From positions 1 to 64,000 of the IMG/VR virus record IMGVR_UViG_3300025508_000006: a DNA stretch of 64,000 bases. One strand, 5' to 3'. Shown piece after piece: positions 1 through 8,266 of this stretch (the stretch's first letter is position 1; each line of letters starts with the position of its first letter). Under the pieces are notes generated by a model. That model was not told the DNA's origin. It made no database searches and worked only from the letters and a program-made list of their open reading frames with translations. Made by a program: the position numbers and the translations under genes. The DNA is from a virus.

Positions 1-2
1 AC

Positions 3-140
3 CACACTATCGAGTATGCTACTCCGATTAAGTTCACTGAGAAGACCGACATTGATGTTCGTGCTATTGGTGCCTCTAACGGTGTTATATCGGTGTCGTT
101 TGATTTAGTCCATGTTGAAAATAGTGTACTTAACTCATAA
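3..140 (+). CDS. 3' end of a hypothetical protein (truncated by window start)
   Basis: Open frame HTIEYATPIKFTEKTDIDVRAIG...VENSVLNS ends at TAA 138-140. Confidence 0.7.
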   Translation, partial: HTIEYATPIKFTEKTDIDVRAIGASNGVISVSFDLVHVENSVLNS

Positions 141-147
141 TAAAAGG

Positions 148-175
148 TTGACAACCAGCACCAGTATGTTATAAT
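148..175 (+). promoter_or_regulatory. sigma70-type early promoter
   Basis: TTGACA-16 nt-TATAAT with extended -10 TG, intergenic. Confidence 0.75.
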
Positions 176-207
176 AGCATATTACTTACTAGAACTAAGA
201 GAGAAAT

Positions 208-504
208 ATGAAGTCATTTAAGACACATCTCGAAGAATCCGCCAAAGTAAAGTGGATTAAAGTTGCTGACGGATACGCGAATAAAAAGATGGTGTACAAA
301 CACGTAACTTCTGATCGTATGTATGAAATACGTTTATCTGGTGCTGATTCTATGAAATTTAATAAAGATGGCAGTCAGAAAGTGTTGCCTACAGTCTTTG
401 ATAAGCATCCAGCAACATATAGTCCAAGATATCCTGTTACCGGATATAAGAATGTTGCTACAGCGAAAGCAGAAGTTGAGAGATGGATTGCCGATCATGA
501 ATAA
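208..504 (+). CDS. hypothetical protein with capsid-targeting-like N-terminus
   Basis: Starts MKSFKTHLEE, resembling T4 internal-protein signals (MKTYQEFIAE / MKTFKEF). Confidence 0.7.
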   Translation: MKSFKTHLEESAKVKWIKVADGYANKKMVYKHVTSDRMYEIRLSGADSMKFNKDGSQKVLPTVFDKHPATYSPRYPVTGYKNVATAKAEVERWIADHE

Positions 505-1726
505 TTTTAACGAGTTCATTACAGAAGCGGCACAAAAGAACACCCATATGACTCACATCGAAGATAAGGTGATCTACGGTGGTGCTGATGGAACTCGTCA
601 AGCAATCAATGCTCTTCGTGAGTTAAGAGATATGCTTGGCGGTAAGAAAGAAGGTTCTGTATCAGTCAAGTGGGACGGTGCACCAGCAGTATTTGCCGGT
701 ACTGATCCCTCTGACGGTAAGTTCTTTGTTGCTAAGAAAGGCATCTTCAATAAGAATCCAAAGATATACAAGACTGATGCTGACATCGATGACGATACGT
801 CTGGCGATCTCAATGACAAACTAAAACTTGCATTGAAGTATTTACCTGAACTTGGTATTAAAGGAGTCATTCAAGGTGACTTTCTATACAAGCGTTCTGA
901 ATTAAAGAAGAAGAAGATCGGCACAGAATCGTATCTCACCTTTCACCCTAACACAATCGTGTATGCAGTACCCGTAAAACAATCTAAAGAACTACTTGCT
1001 TCTAAAATCGGCATTGTATGGCACACTACATATACAGGTAGTTCTTTTGAAACTATGAGCGCATCATACGGTGTTGATGTAAACAAACTGAAGAAGTCAA
1101 CTAATGTCTGGTCACAGGACGCTATCTTGCGTGATGTGTCTAATGCAACGATGACTAAAAAAGAAACGGATGAAGTAAATGAAACTCTATCACAAATTGG
1201 CAAACTTTTTAACCAAATCTCTGGAAGCACTCTTCGCGTATTATCCGCCAACCCAGGACTTGCAGGTACTATCGAAACCTTTAATAACACCTACGTTAGA
1301 CGAGGAGAAGTCATCGGAGACTCCAAAAAGCACGCCGAAAAACTCATCGCCTACATCAACCAAAAGTACCAAAAAGAAATCGACAAGCGTAGCACCGAAA
1401 AAGGCAAAGGCGCCCAAAAAGCGAAGCGCGACGAAATCCTCAAGTTCTTCAGCAAAGAAAACAAAATAAGTCTCATTAAGATGTTTGAATTGCAGAAATT
1501 GATTGTTTTAGTTAAATTAAAACTTATAAATAACCTTAATAGATTAAGTAATATTGGTGCGTTTGTTAAAACTAAGAACGGATACAAGACTACTGGTCAA
1601 GAAGGTTATGTTGCAATAGACACACTTGGTGGTGATGCGGTGAAACTAGTTGATCGTATGGAGTTTTCATACAACAACTTTTCACCTGATATATTAAAAG
1701 GATGGGATAAACCAAAGGGTAAATAA
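497..1726 (+). CDS. putative ligase-fold (RNA ligase-like) nucleotidyltransferase, DUF6267-like, with capsid-targeting-like N-terminus
   Basis: Likely start ATG 497 (MNNFNEFITE). Motifs SVKWDG (KxDG), IQGDF, EGYV and AVKLV occur in ligase order. Confidence 0.6.
   Translation: MNNFNEFITEAAQKNTHMTHIEDKVIYGGADGTRQAINALRELRDMLGGKKEGSVSVKWDGAPAVFAGTDPSDGKFFVAKKGIFNKNPKIYKTDADIDDDTSGDLNDKLKLALKYLPELGIKGVIQGDFLYKRSELKKKKIGTESYLTFHPNTIVYAVPVKQSKELLASKIGIVWHTTYTGSSFETMSASYGVDVNKLKKSTNVWSQDAILRDVSNATMTKKETDEVNETLSQIGKLFNQISGSTLRVLSANPGLAGTIETFNNTYVRRGEVIGDSKKHAEKLIAYINQKYQKEIDKRSTEKGKGAQKAKRDEILKFFSKENKISLIKMFELQKLIVLVKLKLINNLNRLSNIGAFVKTKNGYKTTGQEGYVAIDTLGGDAVKLVDRMEFSYNNFSPDILKGWDKPKGK
1179..1469 (+). 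CDS. candidate overprinted Lys/Ser/Pro/Thr-rich basic protein (+1 frame inside 497..1726)
   Basis: 96-codon ORF coinciding with a strong shift of the host gene's third positions to C/A that reverts at its stop. Confidence 0.5.
   Translation: MKLYHKLANFLTKSLEALFAYYPPTQDLQVLSKPLITPTLDEEKSSETPKSTPKNSSPTSTKSTKKKSTSVAPKKAKAPKKRSATKSSSSSAKKTK
1525..1532 (+). promoter_or_regulatory. T4-type late promoter
   Basis: TATAAATA about 200 nt upstream of ORF 1728. Confidence 0.55.
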
Positions 1727-1727
1727 G

Positions 1728-2192
1728 ATGGCAGATAAACCATTATCGTTTAAAGATTTCTTATCGGTCGACTACACTCAGACGGGTGACGGTCAATTGG
1801 CGAAGAATGCAAAGAAACGCAAAACAGATGACGTTACCGGAAACACCGGTGAAGGCACTGACGAAGCACTCGACTTTCAACAGAGACGTGCTCGTGGTCG
1901 CTCAATGAAAAAGAACAAAGCAAAGATAGCGATGGGTCGTAGACGTGCCGCTAAGAAAACTGCTAGTCAAGACGTTCTTAAAAAACGTGCCCGCAAAGGC
2001 GCGATAAGTCAACTATTCAAAAAATTCTCTAAGGGTGTATCGAAATCGGACATCCCTGCTTCACGCCGTCAAGAGATCGAGAAGCGTATCGAGAAAATGA
2101 AATCAAAAGTAGATATGATTGCTCGAAAGAACTTACCTGCTATTCGTAAATTAGAGAAAGATCGACGGTCTGGTGGTAATAAAACAAAATGA
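1728..2192 (+). CDS. highly basic hypothetical protein, possible internal head/DNA-binding protein
   Basis: Lys/Arg-rich; N-terminal LSFKDFL resembles the targeting peptide. Confidence 0.65.
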   Translation: MADKPLSFKDFLSVDYTQTGDGQLAKNAKKRKTDDVTGNTGEGTDEALDFQQRRARGRSMKKNKAKIAMGRRRAAKKTASQDVLKKRARKGAISQLFKKFSKGVSKSDIPASRRQEIEKRIEKMKSKVDMIARKNLPAIRKLEKDRRSGGNKTK

Positions 2193-3436
2193 TTCCTTCA
2201 TTTAAACAGTATCTCGTAGAAGAGAACCGTGAAGTGTTCTTCACATTCGGTCGTATGAATCCTCCTACGATCGGACACGGCAAACTACTGTCAGTACTAT
2301 CTACTAAAGCAGGCAAGAATCCCTGGTTCGCTTATGTCTCACAATCACAAAACGCAAAGAAAGATCCCTTAACCTACGATCAGAAAGTGAAGCACGTTCG
2401 CAAGATGTTTCCTAAGTTTGGTCGTAATGTAATGCTTGATAAGAAAGTACGTACAGTGTTTGATATTGCAGTGATACTATTCGATCAAGGATTCAATCGC
2501 ATTACAATGGTTGTTGGTTCTGACCGTGTAACAGAATTTAAGACTCTCCTTGACAAGTACAATGGTGAGAAAGCACGACACGGTTTCTATAACTTCGAAA
2601 AGATCATGGTTGTATCTGCGGGTGAACGTGATCCTGATGCCGAAGGTGTTGAAGGTATGTCTGCATCTAAGCAACGCGAGAATGCCAAGAACAATGATTT
2701 CACATCATTCTCTCAAGGCGTTCCTAAGACAATGAACACACGAGATGCAAAGCGTCTGTTCAATGATGTACGTGGTGGGATGGGACTCAAAGAAACAACT
2801 ACATTTAGAAACCACATTGAACTTGAATCAGTCTCAGAGACACGAGAGAAATTTGTTCAAGGCGAGTTGTTCAATCTTACTGACAAAGTTATTATCAGCG
2901 AGTCTGGTAAGACAGGATACATTCAAACTATTGGTACTAACTATGTTATCGTAGCATTAGATGAAGGTGGTATTACTCGCCAATGGATCGAATCAGTCGA
3001 GTTAGCAGAAGTTCCTACTACTCAGATGATTGACAAGATTAAATCATCTACTGTATCTAAGAAGCGATATCAGGCAGCACTCAAAATACTAAAAGATGTT
3101 GTCGCTCGTAAGAAGAAAGAAGCGAGTGGTAAACCCATGCGTCACGGTATCGAATACTACGCTGGACAAATCGCTAAACAGTATGATATCAATCCTCGAG
3201 TTCTTGCTACTATGCACGAGACTAATGTTCCTGGATGGGGAACACCAGAAGCAACTAAGAAAGCGAAGAAGTATGTCCCTGGTCAGAATGAAGCGAAGGG
3301 TGACGAAGTTGCCATAGCAAGAGATGTTATCGACCAAGAACTTCAGACAGACAAGATTAAACATGACCGTATTCTTGATCGTGCGAGACTAAACCGCGCT
3401 AGACGCAAGAATAAACTAACAAATCCAAAAGTATAA
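2189..3436 (+). CDS. HIGH-superfamily (cytidylyltransferase-like) nucleotidyltransferase with C-terminal extensions
   Basis: FTFGRMNPPTIGH, VVGSDR and SAGERDPD..GMSASK motifs; N-terminus MIPSFKQYLVEE. Confidence 0.8.
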   Translation: MIPSFKQYLVEENREVFFTFGRMNPPTIGHGKLLSVLSTKAGKNPWFAYVSQSQNAKKDPLTYDQKVKHVRKMFPKFGRNVMLDKKVRTVFDIAVILFDQGFNRITMVVGSDRVTEFKTLLDKYNGEKARHGFYNFEKIMVVSAGERDPDAEGVEGMSASKQRENAKNNDFTSFSQGVPKTMNTRDAKRLFNDVRGGMGLKETTTFRNHIELESVSETREKFVQGELFNLTDKVIISESGKTGYIQTIGTNYVIVALDEGGITRQWIESVELAEVPTTQMIDKIKSSTVSKKRYQAALKILKDVVARKKKEASGKPMRHGIEYYAGQIAKQYDINPRVLATMHETNVPGWGTPEATKKAKKYVPGQNEAKGDEVAIARDVIDQELQTDKIKHDRILDRARLNRARRKNKLTNPKV

Positions 3437-3439
3437 ATA
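3432..3439 (+). promoter_or_regulatory. T4-type late promoter
   Basis: TATAAATA immediately before ATG 3446. Confidence 0.8.
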
Positions 3440-3445
3440 GATTCT

Positions 3446-5587
3446 ATGAAAACATTTAATGCGCTATCAGAAGAAGTAACTCAAAAGCAACTCAATGATG
3501 TTGAGAAGTTTGCGGATCGTATTCTCGCCAAGTTTAATGTAGACATTGAATTTACTCGCCACTTCGCGGATCGTATGAATGATGATCGAAACAAACCCGC
3601 AGTTAGTGTTGCAGAGTTACAGCAGATATTTAAGAAGATTGCAAGAAAGAAAGCGAAGGATATAAAACAGAATCCAGACAGTGAAGCGGTCATAAAGGAT
3701 ATTCAAAAAGACTTGAACTTGCCTGTGGTTATACGTTATAATAGAAACAAAGAAGAGTTTGAGGTTACTACAAAGACTATCATGCGCAAAAAAGATTTTA
3801 AGACTAGCAGTAAAGTAATCACTACAGAGAAAACTTTGACACCTGCTGAGATAAAGAAGCGAGAAGAAATCGCTAAAGCGATCGAGAAGGATTCACCTGG
3901 TATGTCCATGGCAAAGAAGATGGCAATCGCGACCGCGACCGCGAAGCGTGTTGCTGAAGCAAAAAAGATGAAAGACGACCCTTGTTGGAAAGATCACGAG
4001 ATGGTTGGAACTAAAACAAAAAATGGTAAGACAGTACCTAACTGTGTGCCCAAAGAAGATAAAGGAATTGATATGCCCTCGGAGTCAACAAAGGAATACG
4101 GTAAGTCTCAGGCAGCGATTGCTCGTAAGCGTCAACAGGCAGCAATGCGTCCTGGTGAGATGGACAAGTTAAAGCGTCTCAAAGATATGCTCAGGAATGC
4201 TAATAATAAAGTTGGTGTTGTTAAAAAAGAATCTGTTGATGAAGCATTATCTCCATCATACAAAAACAAGTATATCGGTAAAGACAAAGCGTCCTTACAG
4301 AAGACTCGTAACTCTTTCTTGTCTCAGATTGACGATCTCATTAAGTTCAAGAAGAAGACTACCAAGGATTCCGAAGTAGTTAAACTTCAAGATTTGCTCA
4401 AGCAAGTTGACCATGCACTTAAAGGTGTTAAAGAAAGCAAGAAACCAGTATCACAGATGACTCCTGCCGAGAAGAAAGCAGATGCAGAGAGACGTAAAGA
4501 ATACAAGGCGTATCAAAAGTCAAAGCGTGAGTCAATTGAAGAAGCGGTTGAAGATTGGACAGTCACCGTTACAAAACCTGTCAACAAATTAAAGAAAGGT
4601 GCGGCACAAAAAGTTAAAGCACGTTCTGCATTTGAAGCAATTAACAAAGCAGTGAAACTATGGGGCGATCCTGCTCTTAAAGCGGCACCAATGAATTCGT
4701 TTAGTGTTACTAAAGAGTCGGTTGAACTTGAAGAGAAGATGAAAGATAAACCATACGAAAAACAAATCGGTATGGGTGATTCTCGTAGCGAAAAAGAAAT
4801 TCGTGATCAGATTAGTGGTTTGAGCGATGGCACATTAAAGAAATGGGCAAGTAAACCAGCAGGACGTTTTGGTTCTAAGATTGCTAAATTACAAGATAAA
4901 GTGATCGCTGCCGAGATGAAAAAGCGTGGTCTTAAAGAATCTGTCGAAGAAGCGAAAGAACCTTCACTAAAAAGCACAGATTATCCCAAAGGCACTTCTC
5001 AGTCTGCACAGGCATTCAAAGATAGATTCGCCAAAAAGAAGAAAGTACCTGCTCTGAAAAGCACAGATTATCCCAAAGGCACTTCAATGTCTGCAACTGC
5101 TTGGAAGAAAAAGAATGAATTTGTCGAAGCGATTATGGCCAAAGATGCTGTCGAAGAAGCAAGACAAATGAAAGACCCTAAGAAAGACTCTATGGTCACT
5201 AAGAGTGGTAAGACTATCGTAATCGACAAGTCTAAGGAATCAGAGTACCTCAAGAAAGGTTGGACTCTTGCTGAGAATGAGACTGTCGAAGAGTCTAAGA
5301 ACTTCTTTAAGTTTCGCGAGTCGTTGAACGAGAAGTATCAACACTATCATACTACATTCTCTAATGCTGTACAAACTGCTGAGAAGCAAGCAGAGAAGCA
5401 AGGTTATGAAGTCGATCAAGATGATTGGTTCAACAAGATTGCAACTGGTCCTAAGAAACCTTCTGAGGGTAAGACTAATAGTTATATCATTAAGTTGTTG
5501 AAGAATGGTAAACCTACGAAGAAGACATTAGCAATACAAGTCTTCAATATGGGTAAGAAGTACGAACTTAATATGTACATCTCATAA
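3446..5587 (+). CDS. modular Lys-rich putative internal head polyprotein
   Basis: MKTFNALSEE start; short modules separated by ESVDE/ESIEE/ESVELEE/ESVEE/ETVEE/ESLNE linkers. Confidence 0.65.
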   Translation: MKTFNALSEEVTQKQLNDVEKFADRILAKFNVDIEFTRHFADRMNDDRNKPAVSVAELQQIFKKIARKKAKDIKQNPDSEAVIKDIQKDLNLPVVIRYNRNKEEFEVTTKTIMRKKDFKTSSKVITTEKTLTPAEIKKREEIAKAIEKDSPGMSMAKKMAIATATAKRVAEAKKMKDDPCWKDHEMVGTKTKNGKTVPNCVPKEDKGIDMPSESTKEYGKSQAAIARKRQQAAMRPGEMDKLKRLKDMLRNANNKVGVVKKESVDEALSPSYKNKYIGKDKASLQKTRNSFLSQIDDLIKFKKKTTKDSEVVKLQDLLKQVDHALKGVKESKKPVSQMTPAEKKADAERRKEYKAYQKSKRESIEEAVEDWTVTVTKPVNKLKKGAAQKVKARSAFEAINKAVKLWGDPALKAAPMNSFSVTKESVELEEKMKDKPYEKQIGMGDSRSEKEIRDQISGLSDGTLKKWASKPAGRFGSKIAKLQDKVIAAEMKKRGLKESVEEAKEPSLKSTDYPKGTSQSAQAFKDRFAKKKKVPALKSTDYPKGTSMSATAWKKKNEFVEAIMAKDAVEEARQMKDPKKDSMVTKSGKTIVIDKSKESEYLKKGWTLAENETVEESKNFFKFRESLNEKYQHYHTTFSNAVQTAEKQAEKQGYEVDQDDWFNKIATGPKKPSEGKTNSYIIKLLKNGKPTKKTLAIQVFNMGKKYELNMYIS
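4969..5085 (+). repeat. intragenic direct repeat (LKSTDYPKGTS x2)
   Basis: aaaagcacagattatcccaaaggcacttc occurs twice, 87 nt apart. Confidence 0.9.
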
Positions 5588-5919
5588 TGAAAAAGTTTCG
5601 TGATTTCATAAACGAAGATTGCACCTGTGAAGAACTAGAAATCACAGAGGCGGAATATCAGGGTAAATCAGTTACACTAAATAACCCTTTTAGACTGCCT
5701 TCTGGTAATAAGAAGAAGTTTGGCGTATACGTTACCAATAAGAAAGGTAATATAGTTAAAGTTACGTTTGGTGATCCTAACATGGAGATCAAACGAGACG
5801 ACCCCGAGAGACGCAAGTCTTTCAGAGCGCGGCACAATTGTGCTGATAAAAAGGACAAAACCACTCCGGGTTACTGGAGTTGCTACCAATGGAGAGCGTC
5901 TGCGAAAGTAGATAACTAA
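5587..5919 (+). CDS. hypothetical protein with capsid-targeting-like N-terminus
   Basis: MKKFRDFINE; VTFGDP...RKSFRARHNC...GYWSC motif. Confidence 0.75.
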   Translation: MKKFRDFINEDCTCEELEITEAEYQGKSVTLNNPFRLPSGNKKKFGVYVTNKKGNIVKVTFGDPNMEIKRDDPERRKSFRARHNCADKKDKTTPGYWSCYQWRASAKVDN

Positions 5920-5924
5920 ATTGT

Positions 5925-6224
5925 ATGGGAAATTTGACTAACGCAGATCGTCTGGGTCGTATAGAAGATAAAATAGATCAGATGTCAGAAGCAATTATCG
6001 CGCTCGCAAGGGTGCAAGAAAAGGTGTCGGATCTGGAAAATCGAAGACAAGAATCGCATGAGCGTATGAATCAGCATTCAAAAAAATTAGACGACATCGA
6101 CACAAAAGTAACAAGGTTGATGGAGAAAGTAAATAATATTCAGATAGTCGGTTTAGCGGCGGGCGGTCTGATAACAACAATAATTTTAGCACTACTAACT
6201 GGGCAGATAGTAATCGGCCAATAA
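5925..6224 (+). CDS. coiled-coil protein with C-terminal transmembrane helix
   Basis: Heptad-like N-terminus followed by IVGLAAGGLITTIILALL. Confidence 0.7.
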   Translation: MGNLTNADRLGRIEDKIDQMSEAIIALARVQEKVSDLENRRQESHERMNQHSKKLDDIDTKVTRLMEKVNNIQIVGLAAGGLITTIILALLTGQIVIGQ

Positions 6225-6243
6225 GATAAACCTGGAGAACAAC

Positions 6244-7272
6244 ATGAACCCCGAGTACATTAAAAGCATCGCCCAACTATGGCAACAAGTGCAAGAAGGC
6301 GAAAAGAAGAAATTAGATCCCGTAGATGATAAAGAGAACGATAAGAAGTTCAAGGATCGCAAAGACAAAGACATTGACAACGATGGCGATGTTGATTCAT
6401 CTGATGAGTTTTTGCACAAGAGACGTAAAGCAATCGATGATAAGATTGATGGCGGTAAGAAACCTGCTAAGGAATCTTGCGGCGATGACGATAAGAAGGT
6501 GAAGAAAGAGTCGGACGAAGATATGACTCCTTGTCCTGATTGCGAAGGTTCTACTGATAATCACAGTCCTGAATGTCCTAAAGCAGACAAAGGTAAAAAA
6601 GAAGTAGAAGAGGGCAAAGTGAAAGATCAAATGGTTGCAGATTCCGAGAAGATGTCTAAGAAAGACTTCATTAAGAAGTACGGAAAAGAAATGGCAGATG
6701 ATCTTTATGAAGCAAAGGAATATTCCTACACTGTTGTTCATGCTAAGAAAGGTAAGGTAGTAGTTACTGCCCCTACTTCATATGATGCGGCACAGAAAGC
6801 GGCAAAGCAATGGAAACTGAAGTCTACTGGTGGTGTTGATGCGTATCTTATGAAAGAATCTAATACTGTTACTCATGCTGACCACGGTTATGGTGAAATT
6901 CTGCAACGTACTGATGAAGGCGTAGATGTTATGTTTGAACATGGCGTTGAAATGGGTATGAGCGAAGCAACTCTGACATTCCTAGAGACTGTTGGCGCTA
7001 CTACACTAGCAAAGAAAGCAACTCAAGTTGCTGGCGGTGGAGAGAAGCATGGCGAAACTCAGTCTAAGGGCGAGAAAGACTTTGCTGATAAGCATGACAA
7101 AGATGATCCTAAGTTAGCGGCAGATGATTCTGCTGGACACGAAGATGCTACTAAAGCAGGACGTGCAGTTAAGTCACAGTCTGGTACTCGCGGCAACGAA
7201 CCTCGTATCGGTGACAAGACTATTGTAAATCCTGTTAAGGGTGCTGTAACTAAAACTACTGGTAAGGAATAA
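6244..7272 (+). CDS. modular charged protein with EF-hand-like loop, possible internal head polyprotein
   Basis: DIDNDGDVDSSDE, CPDC and VEE/LYE/LxE linkers; GGAG SD upstream. Confidence 0.7.
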   Translation: MNPEYIKSIAQLWQQVQEGEKKKLDPVDDKENDKKFKDRKDKDIDNDGDVDSSDEFLHKRRKAIDDKIDGGKKPAKESCGDDDKKVKKESDEDMTPCPDCEGSTDNHSPECPKADKGKKEVEEGKVKDQMVADSEKMSKKDFIKKYGKEMADDLYEAKEYSYTVVHAKKGKVVVTAPTSYDAAQKAAKQWKLKSTGGVDAYLMKESNTVTHADHGYGEILQRTDEGVDVMFEHGVEMGMSEATLTFLETVGATTLAKKATQVAGGGEKHGETQSKGEKDFADKHDKDDPKLAADDSAGHEDATKAGRAVKSQSGTRGNEPRIGDKTIVNPVKGAVTKTTGKE

Positions 7273-7276
7273 GATT

Positions 7277-7540
7277 ATGCCTATTAGAGGTCCTAAGAAT
7301 GCTACTCCAACTCCAATCGGTTGGGTTTCACCAAAAGGTGAATTGCTAAAGAGTCAACGTATTACTCCTCAGCAGATCGCAGAGTTTCATGGTGATGTTC
7401 CATCAACTGCAACTCAGTTAAACGAAGCACCTGTTCACCAGACTTCATTGAATTCCATGACTGATGTGGAACTAGAAGTAACTTCACTGCATTATGATAT
7501 TGATTTGTCTTCGGGTCTTACTGAAGAGTTGGAAGATTAA
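7277..7540 (+). CDS. hypothetical protein
   Basis: Tightly packed ORF with AAGGA SD. Confidence 0.7.
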   Translation: MPIRGPKNATPTPIGWVSPKGELLKSQRITPQQIAEFHGDVPSTATQLNEAPVHQTSLNSMTDVELEVTSLHYDIDLSSGLTEELED

Positions 7541-7541
7541 T

Positions 7542-7859
7542 ATGTCAGAAGAAGATAAACTACTACATCATCCTGCTGATACTAACGGCGACGGTAAAGT
7601 ATCAAAAGAAGAAGAAGCGATGTACTTAGAGTTTAAACGTAAAGAACTCGACGATGCTGATGCAATGCGAGATGCGCAACGTAAGATGGCGTGGTTCGCA
7701 TTGTTCGGTATGTTGCTATATCCCTTTGCTGTTGTACTTGCTTCTATATTGGGTATGGATCAAGCAGGCAAGACTTTAGGTGATATGGCGCCTACTTACT
7801 TTGTATCTGTATCATTAATTGTTGGTGCGTTCTTTGGTACTCAAGCAATGAAGAAATAG
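7542..7859 (+). CDS. membrane protein with EF-hand-like loop and two TM helices (holin-like candidate)
   Basis: Likely start ATG 7542; DTNGDGKVSKEE then two hydrophobic segments. Confidence 0.6.
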   Translation: MSEEDKLLHHPADTNGDGKVSKEEEAMYLEFKRKELDDADAMRDAQRKMAWFALFGMLLYPFAVVLASILGMDQAGKTLGDMAPTYFVSVSLIVGAFFGTQAMKK

Positions 7860-7888
7860 AAGTCTATATACTATACAACCTATAGAAT

Positions 7889-8266
7889 ATGAACACTATG
7901 AAACTTTTTGAGACATTAGATGAAACGTCTTTCATGCTCTTCGCGGCAAAGAATTACTACAATCCTACTTGCATCGATGCCGAGGAGTTCTACCAGGACA
8001 TAAAAAGATTTAAGTATATCAAGCGTCTACTGAATAGACATCTTGATAACGACAAACTTTCAGTAAATCTGATATTAAATCATCTCATTGTTGTATTCAA
8101 TGTATTTGGAAATGAAGCAGGTTTAAAGATGTTGGAATACAAGTTAGATGATCGTCATTGGTCTGCAATCAAACCCTTTCTTGTATATCTAAGAGTAATA
8201 ACAAATGAAACATATACGGGCATTGAAATGGATGTGCGTGTTATCGAAGAGTTGAGAAAGATATGA
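7889..8266 (+). CDS. hypothetical protein typical of T4-like phages
   Basis: FAAKNYYNP..EEFY.DIKRFKYIKRL..LILNHLIV.FNVFG. Confidence 0.75.
   Translation: MNTMKLFETLDETSFMLFAAKNYYNPTCIDAEEFYQDIKRFKYIKRLLNRHLDNDKLSVNLILNHLIVVFNVFGNEAGLKMLEYKLDDRHWSAIKPFLVYLRVITNETYTGIEMDVRVIEELRKI

Noticed and set aside
368-496. ORF-track N-terminal extensions (also at 7494, 12088, 16163, 27424, 30228, 34533, 41264)
   Set aside because: They overlap upstream genes; downstream ATGs abutting the previous stop give family-typical N-termini.
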